IMG/VR virus record: IMGVR_UViG_3300017913_000464
Span: 1 to 39,136 of that record
Source of the DNA: a virus
Lineage: Duplodnaviria > Caudoviricetes
Strand: one strand, 5' to 3'
DNA: 39,136 nt
Positions 27,325-35,606 of the stretch are shown here, in pieces (the stretch's first letter is position 1; every line of letters starts with the position of its first letter). Under the pieces are notes generated by a model that saw only the letters and a program-made list of their open reading frames with translations, made no database searches and was not told the DNA's origin. Both the position numbers and the translations under genes were made by a program.

Positions 27325-27662
27325 TATTCATCCTCAGTGTAAGGAACTATACGTCCCGACCAAACGTGGTGATGCTTGTTGACCATGTCCAAAAGCTCTG
27401 ATGGGACACGCCACATAACGAACGCGCGTTGTACGTCCCAAGCACCCTTGATCTTAATGTCGTCTCCGATACGAATATCGAATGCTGCGTTTTCTGGGTT
27501 AGCTGAAACGAACATATGTGAAGTAGGGGCCGCTGCCTTCTTGGGGGCCGCCTTACGTGTAGATGCTTTCTTTGGCGCTTCTTCCCACGCCTCGTTCTCA
27601 GGCGTGTTTGGATCGTCAGCTTTGAAGTGTCCGCTCTCGGTACGGGCGCGTTTACGGGTCAT
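27324..27662 (-). CDS. Hypothetical virion protein with RAR..G.F.ADDP.TP.NEAW motif (112 aa)
   Basis: Start re-called to MTRKRART at ATG 27662 (AGGAG RBS); the longer ORF-track start would overlap the terminator and promoter motif. Confidence 0.7.
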   Translation of the reverse strand: MTRKRARTESGHFKADDPNTPENEAWEEAPKKASTRKAAPKKAAAPTSHMFVSANPENAAFDIRIGDDIKIKGAWDVQRAFVMWRVPSELLDMVNKHHHVWSGRIVPYTEDE

Positions 27663-27688
27663 GGTATGCTCCTGATAATTCCTGATTA

Positions 27689-27723
27689 CATTTATGAGGG
27701 TTGAAAAGACTTGTGTCGTCCCA
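27689..27723 (-). promoter_or_regulatory. Candidate late promoter TGGGACGAC-N20-TAAATG
   Basis: Exact core motif immediately after the capsid-gene terminator. Confidence 0.65.
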
Positions 27724-27726
27724 TGC

Positions 27727-27751
27727 AAAAGGGCGGCCAAAGCCGCCCTTT
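27727..27751 (-). terminator. Intrinsic terminator after the major capsid gene
   Basis: Minus strand reads AAAGGGCGGC-TTTG-GCCGCCC-TTTT: GC stem, 4-nt loop and U tract, ~24 nt after the capsid stop. Confidence 0.85.
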
Positions 27752-27774
27752 AAGGTTTTTAGCAAAAGCCGAAC

Positions 27775-28941
27775 TTACGCTAGGTTCGTCCAGTTTTTGA
27801 TGTACGTGTGTACTTTGTCTTGTAGAAGCTCAAGTCCGCACTCTGTCAGATACTCGTGCTTGACTGCGTCTTGGTCATTTGACTGACGATCACGCAACAA
27901 CTGAGTATCACGGCCTTCCATGTAACGGTACTTCAAGTACGGGAAGTCAATAATGACTGCCGCGTTGTCCATACCTGGAACTTGGCGGAATTGTGGGTGT
28001 AGGTGGACCATAAGATCACCCGCAAAGGTTGTGTACTGTGTCAAGTTCACACCGTACGCGCCCTCGACAGCAGTTGGCTGCCAGCGGTCTTTACCCATTT
28101 TCTGCAAGTGTCCCGCAACTTTTGCGCCACAGAACATGATCTTTTGCTTCGAACCAAACGCAAATACGTCTTCGATCAACGCACGGTCGAACTGGTCTTC
28201 AGTCATAGAATTAGACGCTGTTGAACGGTCAATCACGTTCGATACAGTGTTAATTAGACCACCAGTGTAACGTAGAGGTTGTGAAGTCGAGCCGTTTGCT
28301 TCGTGCTTCTTGCCGAAGAACATTGCGCGTTCGATGTCCTGCATGTGCATCTTTAGCGCTTTTGTTGCCATCTCGTCTTCTTTATCACCAGTACGCAGGT
28401 TCGTTGCACGCAACGTTTCTGTTACTGTGAATGAAGTACGGAAAATCTGTGTGTAGTTTTCCGCAACTGTTGCGTCGAATGACACGCCAGTAGGAGATGT
28501 CGCGCCTTCTTCGTACGCTGTACCAGCGATGAACAAGTCTGCGTTATCAGCAATAGTGTGCGACGTACCACCGATGTTACGCTCAACTGTAAGACCTGTT
28601 GCCGTAGCATCAGCCGTACAGCGCATAACTTCGCCAGTTTGCGCGTTCACAATGATTGTACCTGCAACGGCAAACAAGTTGTCGTTACCTGCGTCAACAG
28701 TAATAGATGTTGTGGACGCTGAAGCGACCGCACCGTTTACTGTCAAGCGACGCTCTGGCAGTTCATCGCGAAAGTTCTTAAATTCGGGATCGTCCGTACC
28801 TTCCGAACTTGTCATTGCAAGTAGGGCGTTCAACGGAGCGTTACCGTTTGGTTCTAACAGAGTGAATAACTCTCTGTAATTTTTGGGGCGGAAGTCACTG
28901 TCAAACTGACCTGTGCCCCGCAATCCTTGGATACCAGCCAT
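27775..28941 (-). CDS. Major capsid protein (SU10/DUF5309-like, HK97 fold expected)
   Basis: Start re-called to MAGIQGLRG (AAGGA RBS); NYTQIFR..VT.T, E.A..FG, GGL motifs; preceded by scaffold and followed by a terminator. Confidence 0.9.
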   Translation of the reverse strand: MAGIQGLRGTGQFDSDFRPKNYRELFTLLEPNGNAPLNALLAMTSSEGTDDPEFKNFRDELPERRLTVNGAVASASTTSITVDAGNDNLFAVAGTIIVNAQTGEVMRCTADATATGLTVERNIGGTSHTIADNADLFIAGTAYEEGATSPTGVSFDATVAENYTQIFRTSFTVTETLRATNLRTGDKEDEMATKALKMHMQDIERAMFFGKKHEANGSTSQPLRYTGGLINTVSNVIDRSTASNSMTEDQFDRALIEDVFAFGSKQKIMFCGAKVAGHLQKMGKDRWQPTAVEGAYGVNLTQYTTFAGDLMVHLHPQFRQVPGMDNAAVIIDFPYLKYRYMEGRDTQLLRDRQSNDQDAVKHEYLTECGLELLQDKVHTYIKNWTNLA

Positions 28942-29073
28942 GGTATTATCCTTTCGATACAAGGGTTTATATACTGTTGCGAGGTACGCCAGCAGTACGC
29001 GGAAATCACGCGAACAACCTTTGTCCCAAATTGTACGGAGTTTATGGAGCCGTAGCGCCCGCCGTACTCCTTA

Positions 29074-29107
29074 AAAGTACGGCAGGCATAGAAACTTGTC
29101 GTCCCTA
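29074..29107 (-). promoter_or_regulatory. Candidate late promoter TAGGGACGAC-N18-TACTTT for the capsid gene
   Basis: Exact motif copy in the scaffold-capsid intergenic gap. Confidence 0.7.
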
Positions 29108-29111
29108 CTTT

Positions 29112-29141
29112 TTTTGCGACCTTTTGCGACCTTTAGCGACC
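29112..29141. repeat. Three tandem 10-bp repeats (TTT(T/A)GCGACC)
   Basis: ttttgcgacc ttttgcgacc tttagcgacc read directly; overlaps the scaffold stop codon. Confidence 0.85.
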
Positions 29142-30209
29142 CTTTGGACGGGCACGGCCCATCTGAAGAGCTTGGCTCATTGCCTTCGCACCCATACGCT
29201 GGATGTCTGTCGGCTGCGCTGCTTTTGCCGCTGCTGATGCAGCATTTGCGGCTGCACCCTGCGGTGCATTCGCCATGAACGCTTGGCGTCGTTGGTTCAT
29301 GTTTTGCAAGCGTTGTAGCTCGCCGCTGTTCTTAGCATTGTAAAAGTCTTGCATGACCTTGCGTGTCATCGCGTAATCACTGAAGTCTTCGGCTGTGTAG
29401 CCACGCTCGCCCGAGAACTGCATGAATGCTCGCGCGTCAGTGTCAGGTAAACCTAGTTCGCGCTGTGCGCGATCAAGGTTGTTTGACGTGGCTTGACGAA
29501 TAACATTCACATGGTCCTGCTGTGCGTTTTTCGCGAGCTGTTGTGCTGCGTTTGCACCGACCTGTGTGTTCTTTAGTACGTTACCCATCTGCGCCATTTG
29601 CTGTTTTAGCTGCTGCTCAAGACGATTGATGCGGTCCATGCCCTCGCGATATCCTGGGGGAAGCGAGATCGCGTTGTCATCCTCGTACTTTTTGAACTCA
29701 GCGTTCAAGTCGCGTACGTTTGGTTGCGAACTTGGTTGTTGTGCTTGAGCTACGCCTGGGTTGCCTTGCGTACTCTCGCGACCCATCTTCGCGTTTTTCG
29801 TCATGGACTTGGCTGCTGCCGTCATAAACTTAGCAACTTGCTCTGGTGTCGCGTTACCTGCCTTCATCATTTTCTCGGCAAGGTCCATAACTGGCTTCAT
29901 CTGCGCGTGCTTGTAGTTCAAGTCACGGTAGCGTTCCATCGTGCCAGAAATCTGTTGCGGTGTAAGCTCGCGCTCGTTACCGCCCACTTGGACCTTATAC
30001 TTAACAGGCTGCTGTTGCGTCTTGTCACCTTCAGTGGTTGGCGACGCCTTCGCAGATGCGTTTTCTTGCGGTGTGGTAGGAGCTTCTTTGGGTTGAGGCT
30101 TTGGCGCTGGGGCGGCTTGTTGTGGTGCCGCTTGTGGCGCTGGGGCTTCTACGCCCATTTGTTTAGCCGCGATACGTGCGACTTGATCCATATCTTGTGG
30201 GTTTGCCAT
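29133..30209 (-). CDS. Capsid scaffolding protein (358 aa)
   Basis: Pro/Ala/Gln-rich N-terminus, YKVQVGGNERELT motif typical of podophage scaffolds, coiled coil, basic C-terminus; directly upstream of the capsid gene. Confidence 0.75.
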   Translation of the reverse strand: MANPQDMDQVARIAAKQMGVEAPAPQAAPQQAAPAPKPQPKEAPTTPQENASAKASPTTEGDKTQQQPVKYKVQVGGNERELTPQQISGTMERYRDLNYKHAQMKPVMDLAEKMMKAGNATPEQVAKFMTAAAKSMTKNAKMGRESTQGNPGVAQAQQPSSQPNVRDLNAEFKKYEDDNAISLPPGYREGMDRINRLEQQLKQQMAQMGNVLKNTQVGANAAQQLAKNAQQDHVNVIRQATSNNLDRAQRELGLPDTDARAFMQFSGERGYTAEDFSDYAMTRKVMQDFYNAKNSGELQRLQNMNQRRQAFMANAPQGAAANAASAAAKAAQPTDIQRMGAKAMSQALQMGRARPKGR

Positions 30210-30487
30210 TAGTCTGTCCTTTCATTCCAGCCTTGGCGGGAGGTTGCATCTTCAAGTGACATGTCGCCTTCGAGCCTGTGGATCAAACGCGACGGTAAGT
30301 TTAACAGTTGTTCGGCAGCCCATATTGCGCCTCGGTTAAAGTCCATTTCCTGTTGGGACATCTCTTTGGAGCGGGCCATCAAAAGGGCGAGTTGTAATAT
30401 CTCGTCCTTCATCACTTCGTTTACCTGTTCCCATCCGCGACTTTCAGTAAGTTGGATGAGGTCTTTAACTTGAGTTTTAGGGTTCAT
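30209..30487 (-). CDS. Small head-assembly protein (Bbp19-like position and motif), 92 aa
   Basis: L.ES.GW and F.RG....QLL.LP patterns typical of the small gene preceding scaffold; TAATG overlap with scaffold. Confidence 0.6.
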   Translation of the reverse strand: MNPKTQVKDLIQLTESRGWEQVNEVMKDEILQLALLMARSKEMSQQEMDFNRGAIWAAEQLLNLPSRLIHRLEGDMSLEDATSRQGWNERTD

Positions 30488-30501
30488 GGTGATCGGGGGT
30501 G

Positions 30502-30573
30502 CTACTTCTTTTTAATCGGCTTTCCTGCCATTACGGGTGAGCATCCCTTTTTCTTCAGTGTGTTCTTAGCCAT
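30502..30573 (-). CDS. Lys-rich microprotein MAKNTLKKKGCSPVMAGKPIKKK (23 aa)
   Basis: Not in the ORF track; AAGGA RBS and TAATG coupling to the upstream stop. Confidence 0.6.
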   Translation of the reverse strand: MAKNTLKKKGCSPVMAGKPIKKK

Positions 30574-30725
30574 TACGATTTCCTTTTCGTCTTCGCTTTG
30601 TTCTTCTTGGAGTTCGGGAAGCCAGCCTTCATGTTAGCGTACGCCTTGTCACTAATCGTAGACTTGCTCTTGGATCGTGACGTACCAGCTTTCTTGCGTT
30701 TGTTTATGTTGCGATAAAGGCTCAT
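30573..30725 (-). CDS. Small basic protein MSLYRNINKRKKAGTSRSKSK... (50 aa)
   Basis: Start re-called to ATG 30725 (AAGGA RBS); strongly Lys/Arg/Ser-rich. Confidence 0.75.
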   Translation of the reverse strand: MSLYRNINKRKKAGTSRSKSKSTISDKAYANMKAGFPNSKKNKAKTKRKS

Positions 30726-30729
30726 GGGG

Positions 30730-30822
30730 TTATCCTTGCGTACACGGGCAATCCTTGTGCTGCATGGCACCTGATTGCGTTTTCTTGCCGAGCTTTTTGA
30801 CTTCTTTAGATGTCTTAGCCAT
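30730..30822 (-). CDS. Basic microprotein MAKTSKEVKKLGKKTQSGAMQHKDCPCTQG (30 aa)
   Basis: AAAGGA RBS before ATG 30822; fills the gap between its neighbours. Confidence 0.6.
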   Translation of the reverse strand: MAKTSKEVKKLGKKTQSGAMQHKDCPCTQG

Positions 30823-30841
30823 CTTTCGATGTCCTTTCTCG

Positions 30842-31099
30842 TTAGCAGTTCCATGCCTTGCGCGACCAATAGTTCGCGGACATCTTGCTGCTCTTGCCCT
30901 TGATGCCGCCGCTGCGTGCGCAGTAAGACTTTTTGCGGGCAGGTTGATCCTTCTTGATGGACATGTTCGCGTCACCAAAGCGAATGATCTTTTCCTTGCC
31001 GCCCTCACACGCCTTCACAACGAACTTCTTCCCGCCGCTTTTCTGGCGGCGGGGTTTGTTGCATGGCATCTTGGCCTTATCGACGCGCTTACTCGGCAT
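30842..31099 (-). CDS. Basic protein with IRFG..M...RKKSYCAR...YWS...W motif (DUF6321/DUF5754-like, 85 aa)
   Basis: Start re-called to MPSKRVDK; motif resembles a widespread small viral family; family name is from memory. Confidence 0.7.
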   Translation of the reverse strand: MPSKRVDKAKMPCNKPRRQKSGGKKFVVKACEGGKEKIIRFGDANMSIKKDQPARKKSYCARSGGIKGKSSKMSANYWSRKAWNC

Positions 31100-31337
31100 C
31101 AGAAGGGTTGTCCAAAGCCTCTTGTGCTTGCTGATCAGCAAGCAAACTAGCGAGAGCTGTCTCTCTGTCTTCGCCATCGTATGCCGTGACTAAGTTGCCG
31201 TCGTCGTCGATTGAAAGACGCCACATTTCCATGTCATCAGCGACGTCAAACGCGTAATCAGCAGTGTCTTCATCGTCTTGCGTGACGACGCCAGATGAAA
31301 GAATTTGTCCGTTAAGGAAGAGGACTCGTATTGTCAT
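31089..31337 (-). CDS. Small acidic protein (82 aa), possible fibre assembly chaperone
   Basis: Start re-called to MTIRVLF (AGGAG RBS, ATGA overlap with the 509-aa gene). Function inferred from position only. Confidence 0.6.
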   Translation of the reverse strand: MTIRVLFLNGQILSSGVVTQDDEDTADYAFDVADDMEMWRLSIDDDGNLVTAYDGEDRETALASLLADQQAQEALDNPSDAE

Positions 31338-32863
31338 CGTGTGTCTCCTGAATAGCTCGTACGACCATCGGCGGTAGGCCACCATGTCACGTTAAGGAAG
31401 GTAGGATAGTTAGTGGTGTGATAACCGTGAGAGGGGAACAAGCCACTTCCGCCACTAATGCTCAAAGCAGAAGCGTTGCTAGGTTGAGCGCGTTCCGTGT
31501 TACTAAAGTAATAACCAGCGCCTTCTGCAATAGCATCTGTCGTCGTCTTCATCCCGCGAAAATCGACTTTATAGAAGTGCACGTCAGAGCTATCCGCGTT
31601 GCCGTCTGTATAGGAGAAGATAAACCCAGTACGACCCCACGCGTGAGGCGAGCGACCGCCGTTGCTGCTTTGCTGTTCCCACTTGTAATACACGCGAGGG
31701 TCTTCTGTACTCGTGAAGAACGAGCTTATCCCAGCACCATAATAGTAGTAGTGCGAATAGTGTATGTGCCACTTGTTATCCCATGTGGAGTTATACTGGG
31801 AGCCAATATGTGGCCAGCCCTGCTCTATACCATAAGATGTAGTGTTATTGATGTATGATTGAGCGTTCGTGCCTTCACCGCCTTCAAGCGTTAAATCAGG
31901 TGTAACGAGATACGTTCTATACCGACTGCTTGGCTGGAAGTTTGAACAACGGATATAGTCGTTATCGCCAACAGTTACTTCCCAGCGATAGGCTTCGCTG
32001 GTTCCAGACCATCCCATATTCAGACTGGTAGCACTCATCTCAACGCTTGATGCTGTCATGAAGACTTCACGTAATGGCACCTTTGGATCATTAAGGCACT
32101 TTGTGAACTTCCATTTAGTAATGTACCGAGTTGTGTTGCTTGAACGGTTCCAAAGGATAACGAGTGTCTTGGTGCGCTCATTATAACCACATGCGCCGAT
32201 ACCTTGATTGTGACTGCTTGAAATGCTCTTCGGCGACATTGCGTTTTGGGTAAATTCCGCAACCGCTTCAGGGTCATCCCAAATGTCAAACCGCTCGCCG
32301 CCTGGAGAGTTCGCGTTTGGGCCATACATAACATCAGATCGGTAAAGATATGTACCTGAACGTTGTATTGCTAGACGAGGTCTGATGCCTTCTGGAAGAA
32401 CATGCGTAATCATGAACCGCATGTTCTCTTGCATACCATTACCGCTGGTCCAGCGATTAGAACCAAACATACCGTCTGCGGATACATTCATCATAGCGTG
32501 TTGAGGCCAGTGGCTACTCTTGGTTGTCGATTGAATTATGTAGCTAGAGTTATTGGACGAAATTTGGCTATTGGTCCTAAACGGGTTGCCGTTGTCACCG
32601 CTGCTGCCAAAATACTTGTCGTACATAATACCGCCGCCATAATCATTCGGGCTGCTGTATTGTGAGTTACCCCATGGAGCACCAATCATATGGCCATTGC
32701 TGTTATAAACTACGCAGTTAAATCTACGAGCATTATCGTCTTGCATAGACCATGTGGCAATACAGGGTAGACCCTCTTTACGAGGATCAACCACAGAACT
32801 GGTATCTTCGGTGGGTGTTGTCGGGGCAGCTACCGCGCTGCCCCCAATAAGAGTGCGTCCCAT
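31334..32863 (-). CDS. Beta-rich virion appendage / receptor-binding candidate (509 aa)
   Basis: GAGG RBS; Ser/Gly/Asn/Tyr/Trp-rich; lies within the structural arm. Confidence 0.55.
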   Translation of the reverse strand: MGRTLIGGSAVAAPTTPTEDTSSVVDPRKEGLPCIATWSMQDDNARRFNCVVYNSNGHMIGAPWGNSQYSSPNDYGGGIMYDKYFGSSGDNGNPFRTNSQISSNNSSYIIQSTTKSSHWPQHAMMNVSADGMFGSNRWTSGNGMQENMRFMITHVLPEGIRPRLAIQRSGTYLYRSDVMYGPNANSPGGERFDIWDDPEAVAEFTQNAMSPKSISSSHNQGIGACGYNERTKTLVILWNRSSNTTRYITKWKFTKCLNDPKVPLREVFMTASSVEMSATSLNMGWSGTSEAYRWEVTVGDNDYIRCSNFQPSSRYRTYLVTPDLTLEGGEGTNAQSYINNTTSYGIEQGWPHIGSQYNSTWDNKWHIHYSHYYYYGAGISSFFTSTEDPRVYYKWEQQSSNGGRSPHAWGRTGFIFSYTDGNADSSDVHFYKVDFRGMKTTTDAIAEGAGYYFSNTERAQPSNASALSISGGSGLFPSHGYHTTNYPTFLNVTWWPTADGRTSYSGDTR

Positions 32864-32868
32864 TCAGA

Positions 32869-34689
32869 TTACTCCTCAATTCCGTGGACGCGAACTACCA
32901 TTTTTTCGCCGTCCGTTTTCACAATTACCTGTTCACCAGCGGATGCCATCACACCAGTACGCTCAAGTAGTGCGCCAGAACCCAGACCCGCCTTATCGTA
33001 CAAGTCGCCTTCTGGAAGCTCATAGAAACGCTCTTCACGGCTGAACTGCGAACCGTCAAAGAAGATGTCGTACTTCTTGTTCGCATCGCCATTGTTCGAG
33101 TTCCAGATTGTGCTGGTCAGGAACAAAGTCTTGGTGTCGTGCGGTGTACCAGTGGGTTCGTCAATCACAGAGATTGCAACGCTCTTACCTGCGTTCTGGC
33201 TTGAGTACACATAAAGTGTATCAGGCGCATCCGCAGCAACCTTGAACTCAATCATCTTGGGTTGAGTGCTGTAAGTGCCATAATCTGTGGTGTACGTAGA
33301 GCTGTCAGTTGTTGTAACCGCAAAGTCCGCAGTAGATGTCGGATTGCCCATGTTGTACGTGATGCCCGTAGAATACGTTGTACCACCACCGTGCGTACCA
33401 TCCTCCGTAGCGGAGAAGAGAGGCGCATCAGCGCCAAGTGATTGAGCAAAGAAGCGATATGTGCGACCACGAACCAATGTGATCTCCGCACTGCCGATAC
33501 CATTGATCTTATATGGACCAGTCGCATCCAACGAAAGGTTGAATGGGATTGTCGGGTAATGCTTACCTGATGTCCATGTAAGACCGTTATCAAGAGTTTC
33601 GTGGCGCTTGCCACCCTTCTCGATCAACACGAACTTATTGCCGTCTGCGCGTACATCCAAGATGTTGTCGTAGGTAACGTCTGTCGGGAAATCAAATACC
33701 GAATAGTTACCAGCCACCGCGTCAACAACTGTTGATGCAGTGTAGCCCGCATAAACAACACGGTTCGAAGACAATGCAATATACAGTGTGCCCTCGTTCT
33801 CAGTGCTACCTTCGATAGCAACCGCACCGATCATGTTTCCGCCGCCACTTCCAGTAACAGATGAAACCTGCAATGTACCGCCAGACTGGAACTCAGATGC
33901 TGTTTCAGGCGTACCATCTGTCGAGATGTAGACCTGACCAAATACCGTACCTGTCAAGAAACGCTCTTCCGAGGTCTTAACACCAGCAATGTGCGAAATT
34001 GTGTATGCAGGCGTAAACGACGTTTGGTACGTCTGTGAAGTAGAACGATAGTCCGTACATGTGTTTACAGTAACAGAACCTGAAGCCGCTGGACCTTGTG
34101 TGTACGCAACCGCATGTGGTCCATCGACGTTTGTCGCCCACATATTGTTGTTACCATCTGTAAGGCCGTAGTTGGTGCCCGCTGTTACGTTGCCAGAACC
34201 AGCGATCATTGTATCCAAGCGGAACACTGCCCCAGTGTCAGCCATGCGAACATACCAATACTGACCGCTCAACCATGGAAGCGGATTACCTTGACGCGTG
34301 GTAGGGAAATCACCAATCGTAACCGTACCAGCCGTGTTGTCCACTTCGATCTTCTTTGGAACAATCTCAGAACGCGCGACACCTGGGTTCGTCGGATCAA
34401 GAGATGCGTTACCCATAAGAACGATCATGTCTTCGTCAGAAAACCCGATCACATCCATTGGGTTCGGGAACTGACCGCCGACTGTCCATACGTCGTCTTC
34501 TTCGTTGTAATCCTCAAAGTCTGCGCTTTGGTACTCTTTGTCAGACACGTACAAGAATACGTTTCCACTCGCAGAGCCATTGTTCAGTACGTTTACGTTG
34601 AATGTCGCCGTCCGCGCTGATGGAACTGTATATACCAGCTCAGTATCGCGGCTATTAACGACCTTTTTTCCTAATAGTCCGTTTGCCAT
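32869..34689 (-). CDS. Multi-domain fibre/appendage protein (606 aa)
   Basis: N-terminal VYTVP and C-terminal LERTG..VHGIEE segments; Asp-box-like motifs (YISTDG, ETLDNGLTW); LVRGRTYRF..APDTLY cupredoxin-like module. Confidence 0.65.
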   Translation of the reverse strand: MANGLLGKKVVNSRDTELVYTVPSARTATFNVNVLNNGSASGNVFLYVSDKEYQSADFEDYNEEDDVWTVGGQFPNPMDVIGFSDEDMIVLMGNASLDPTNPGVARSEIVPKKIEVDNTAGTVTIGDFPTTRQGNPLPWLSGQYWYVRMADTGAVFRLDTMIAGSGNVTAGTNYGLTDGNNNMWATNVDGPHAVAYTQGPAASGSVTVNTCTDYRSTSQTYQTSFTPAYTISHIAGVKTSEERFLTGTVFGQVYISTDGTPETASEFQSGGTLQVSSVTGSGGGNMIGAVAIEGSTENEGTLYIALSSNRVVYAGYTASTVVDAVAGNYSVFDFPTDVTYDNILDVRADGNKFVLIEKGGKRHETLDNGLTWTSGKHYPTIPFNLSLDATGPYKINGIGSAEITLVRGRTYRFFAQSLGADAPLFSATEDGTHGGGTTYSTGITYNMGNPTSTADFAVTTTDSSTYTTDYGTYSTQPKMIEFKVAADAPDTLYVYSSQNAGKSVAISVIDEPTGTPHDTKTLFLTSTIWNSNNGDANKKYDIFFDGSQFSREERFYELPEGDLYDKAGLGSGALLERTGVMASAGEQVIVKTDGEKMVVRVHGIEE

Positions 34690-34701
34690 AATTGTCCTCG
34701 T

Positions 34702-35070
34702 TTACGATTGGGAAAGGAAGTATACCTTCAAGGGCGACATCTGGTAGCTGTTCAAAGCTGACTGGATTGTCGTTTGAAGGGCGTTAAGAACCGCTTGTTC
34801 CGAACTCGATGCTGACTGAACAGCGTTGACTTGCGTCGTCCCTTCAGTCTGGATTTCGCTGATCTCATTGTTACCAGCGTTTTGTACGGCAGTAATCTGC
34901 GTCGTACCCTCTGACGACACCGCCGAAAGGTTGGCGTTGCCGTTAAAGATTTCGATCATACGCGCCAAGTATACCAGTTCGGCGTTTGGCGTTGAGCTGT
35001 CTAACGCCGCAAGACGCGTGGATAGCTCATCAGCAAGTGACTGCTGGTCTGCAACAGAAATGTTAGGCAT
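34702..35070 (-). CDS. Hypothetical structural protein (122 aa) with EGTTQ repeats
   Basis: Repeats SEGTTQITAVQ / TEGTTQVNAVQ typical of fibre coiled coils; TAATG coupling. Confidence 0.65.
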   Translation of the reverse strand: MPNISVADQQSLADELSTRLAALDSSTPNAELVYLARMIEIFNGNANLSAVSSEGTTQITAVQNAGNNEISEIQTEGTTQVNAVQSASSSEQAVLNALQTTIQSALNSYQMSPLKVYFLSQS

Positions 35071-35606
35071 TAGAGTGTGCTCCCGTTAAATAGATCGCCG
35101 TGTAGCTGGGAAATTAAAATACCCTGCGCGATCACGGTTGGGGTGGTTTGGTACGCTTGGTTAGCGTACGTATTCGCAAGGTCACGTGCCGCTTGCGCTT
35201 GGTCCCTTGCAAGTTCCGAGGCAGCTTGGGCAGTCTCAGCAGCATCTTCCGAAGCGCTCGCCTCATTCGCACTTTCCTCCGCGTCTGCTCGCTTCTGCTC
35301 CATGTCCGCAAGCGCGGTGGTCTTGAAGTTCGCAAGGTCAGTAAAAAGCTGCGTGAACGACGCGATCTCGGCGTACTCAGCGTCAGTGCCGATGCGAAGC
35401 TCAAGAGTTTGTGAACCGTCGTTATTCACATAGCGAAATTCGAATGCGTCAATGTCACCTGTCGCGTCGTCGAACAACTTTCCAAGAAGCGTGGCAAGCG
35501 TAAGGCCGCCCATCTCCGCGTCTTCAAGATACGTATCAAGAAGATGCGTTCCAGTATTCTCGGAACGAAAATTAAGCTGTTCACTGGGTACGCGTGTGCG
35601 TGCCAT
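35070..35606 (-). CDS. Hypothetical structural protein (178 aa) with Ala-rich coiled coil
   Basis: AEESANEASASEDAAETAQAASELARDQAQAA fibre-shaft-like segment; AAGGA RBS. Confidence 0.65.
   Translation of the reverse strand: MARTRVPSEQLNFRSENTGTHLLDTYLEDAEMGGLTLATLLGKLFDDATGDIDAFEFRYVNNDGSQTLELRIGTDAEYAEIASFTQLFTDLANFKTTALADMEQKRADAEESANEASASEDAAETAQAASELARDQAQAARDLANTYANQAYQTTPTVIAQGILISQLHGDLFNGSTL

Noticed and set aside
34835-34843. Exact GGGACGAC copy inside the 122-aa gene
   Set aside because: Explained by the codons for EGTT; no TA-rich hexamer 18-20 nt downstream.
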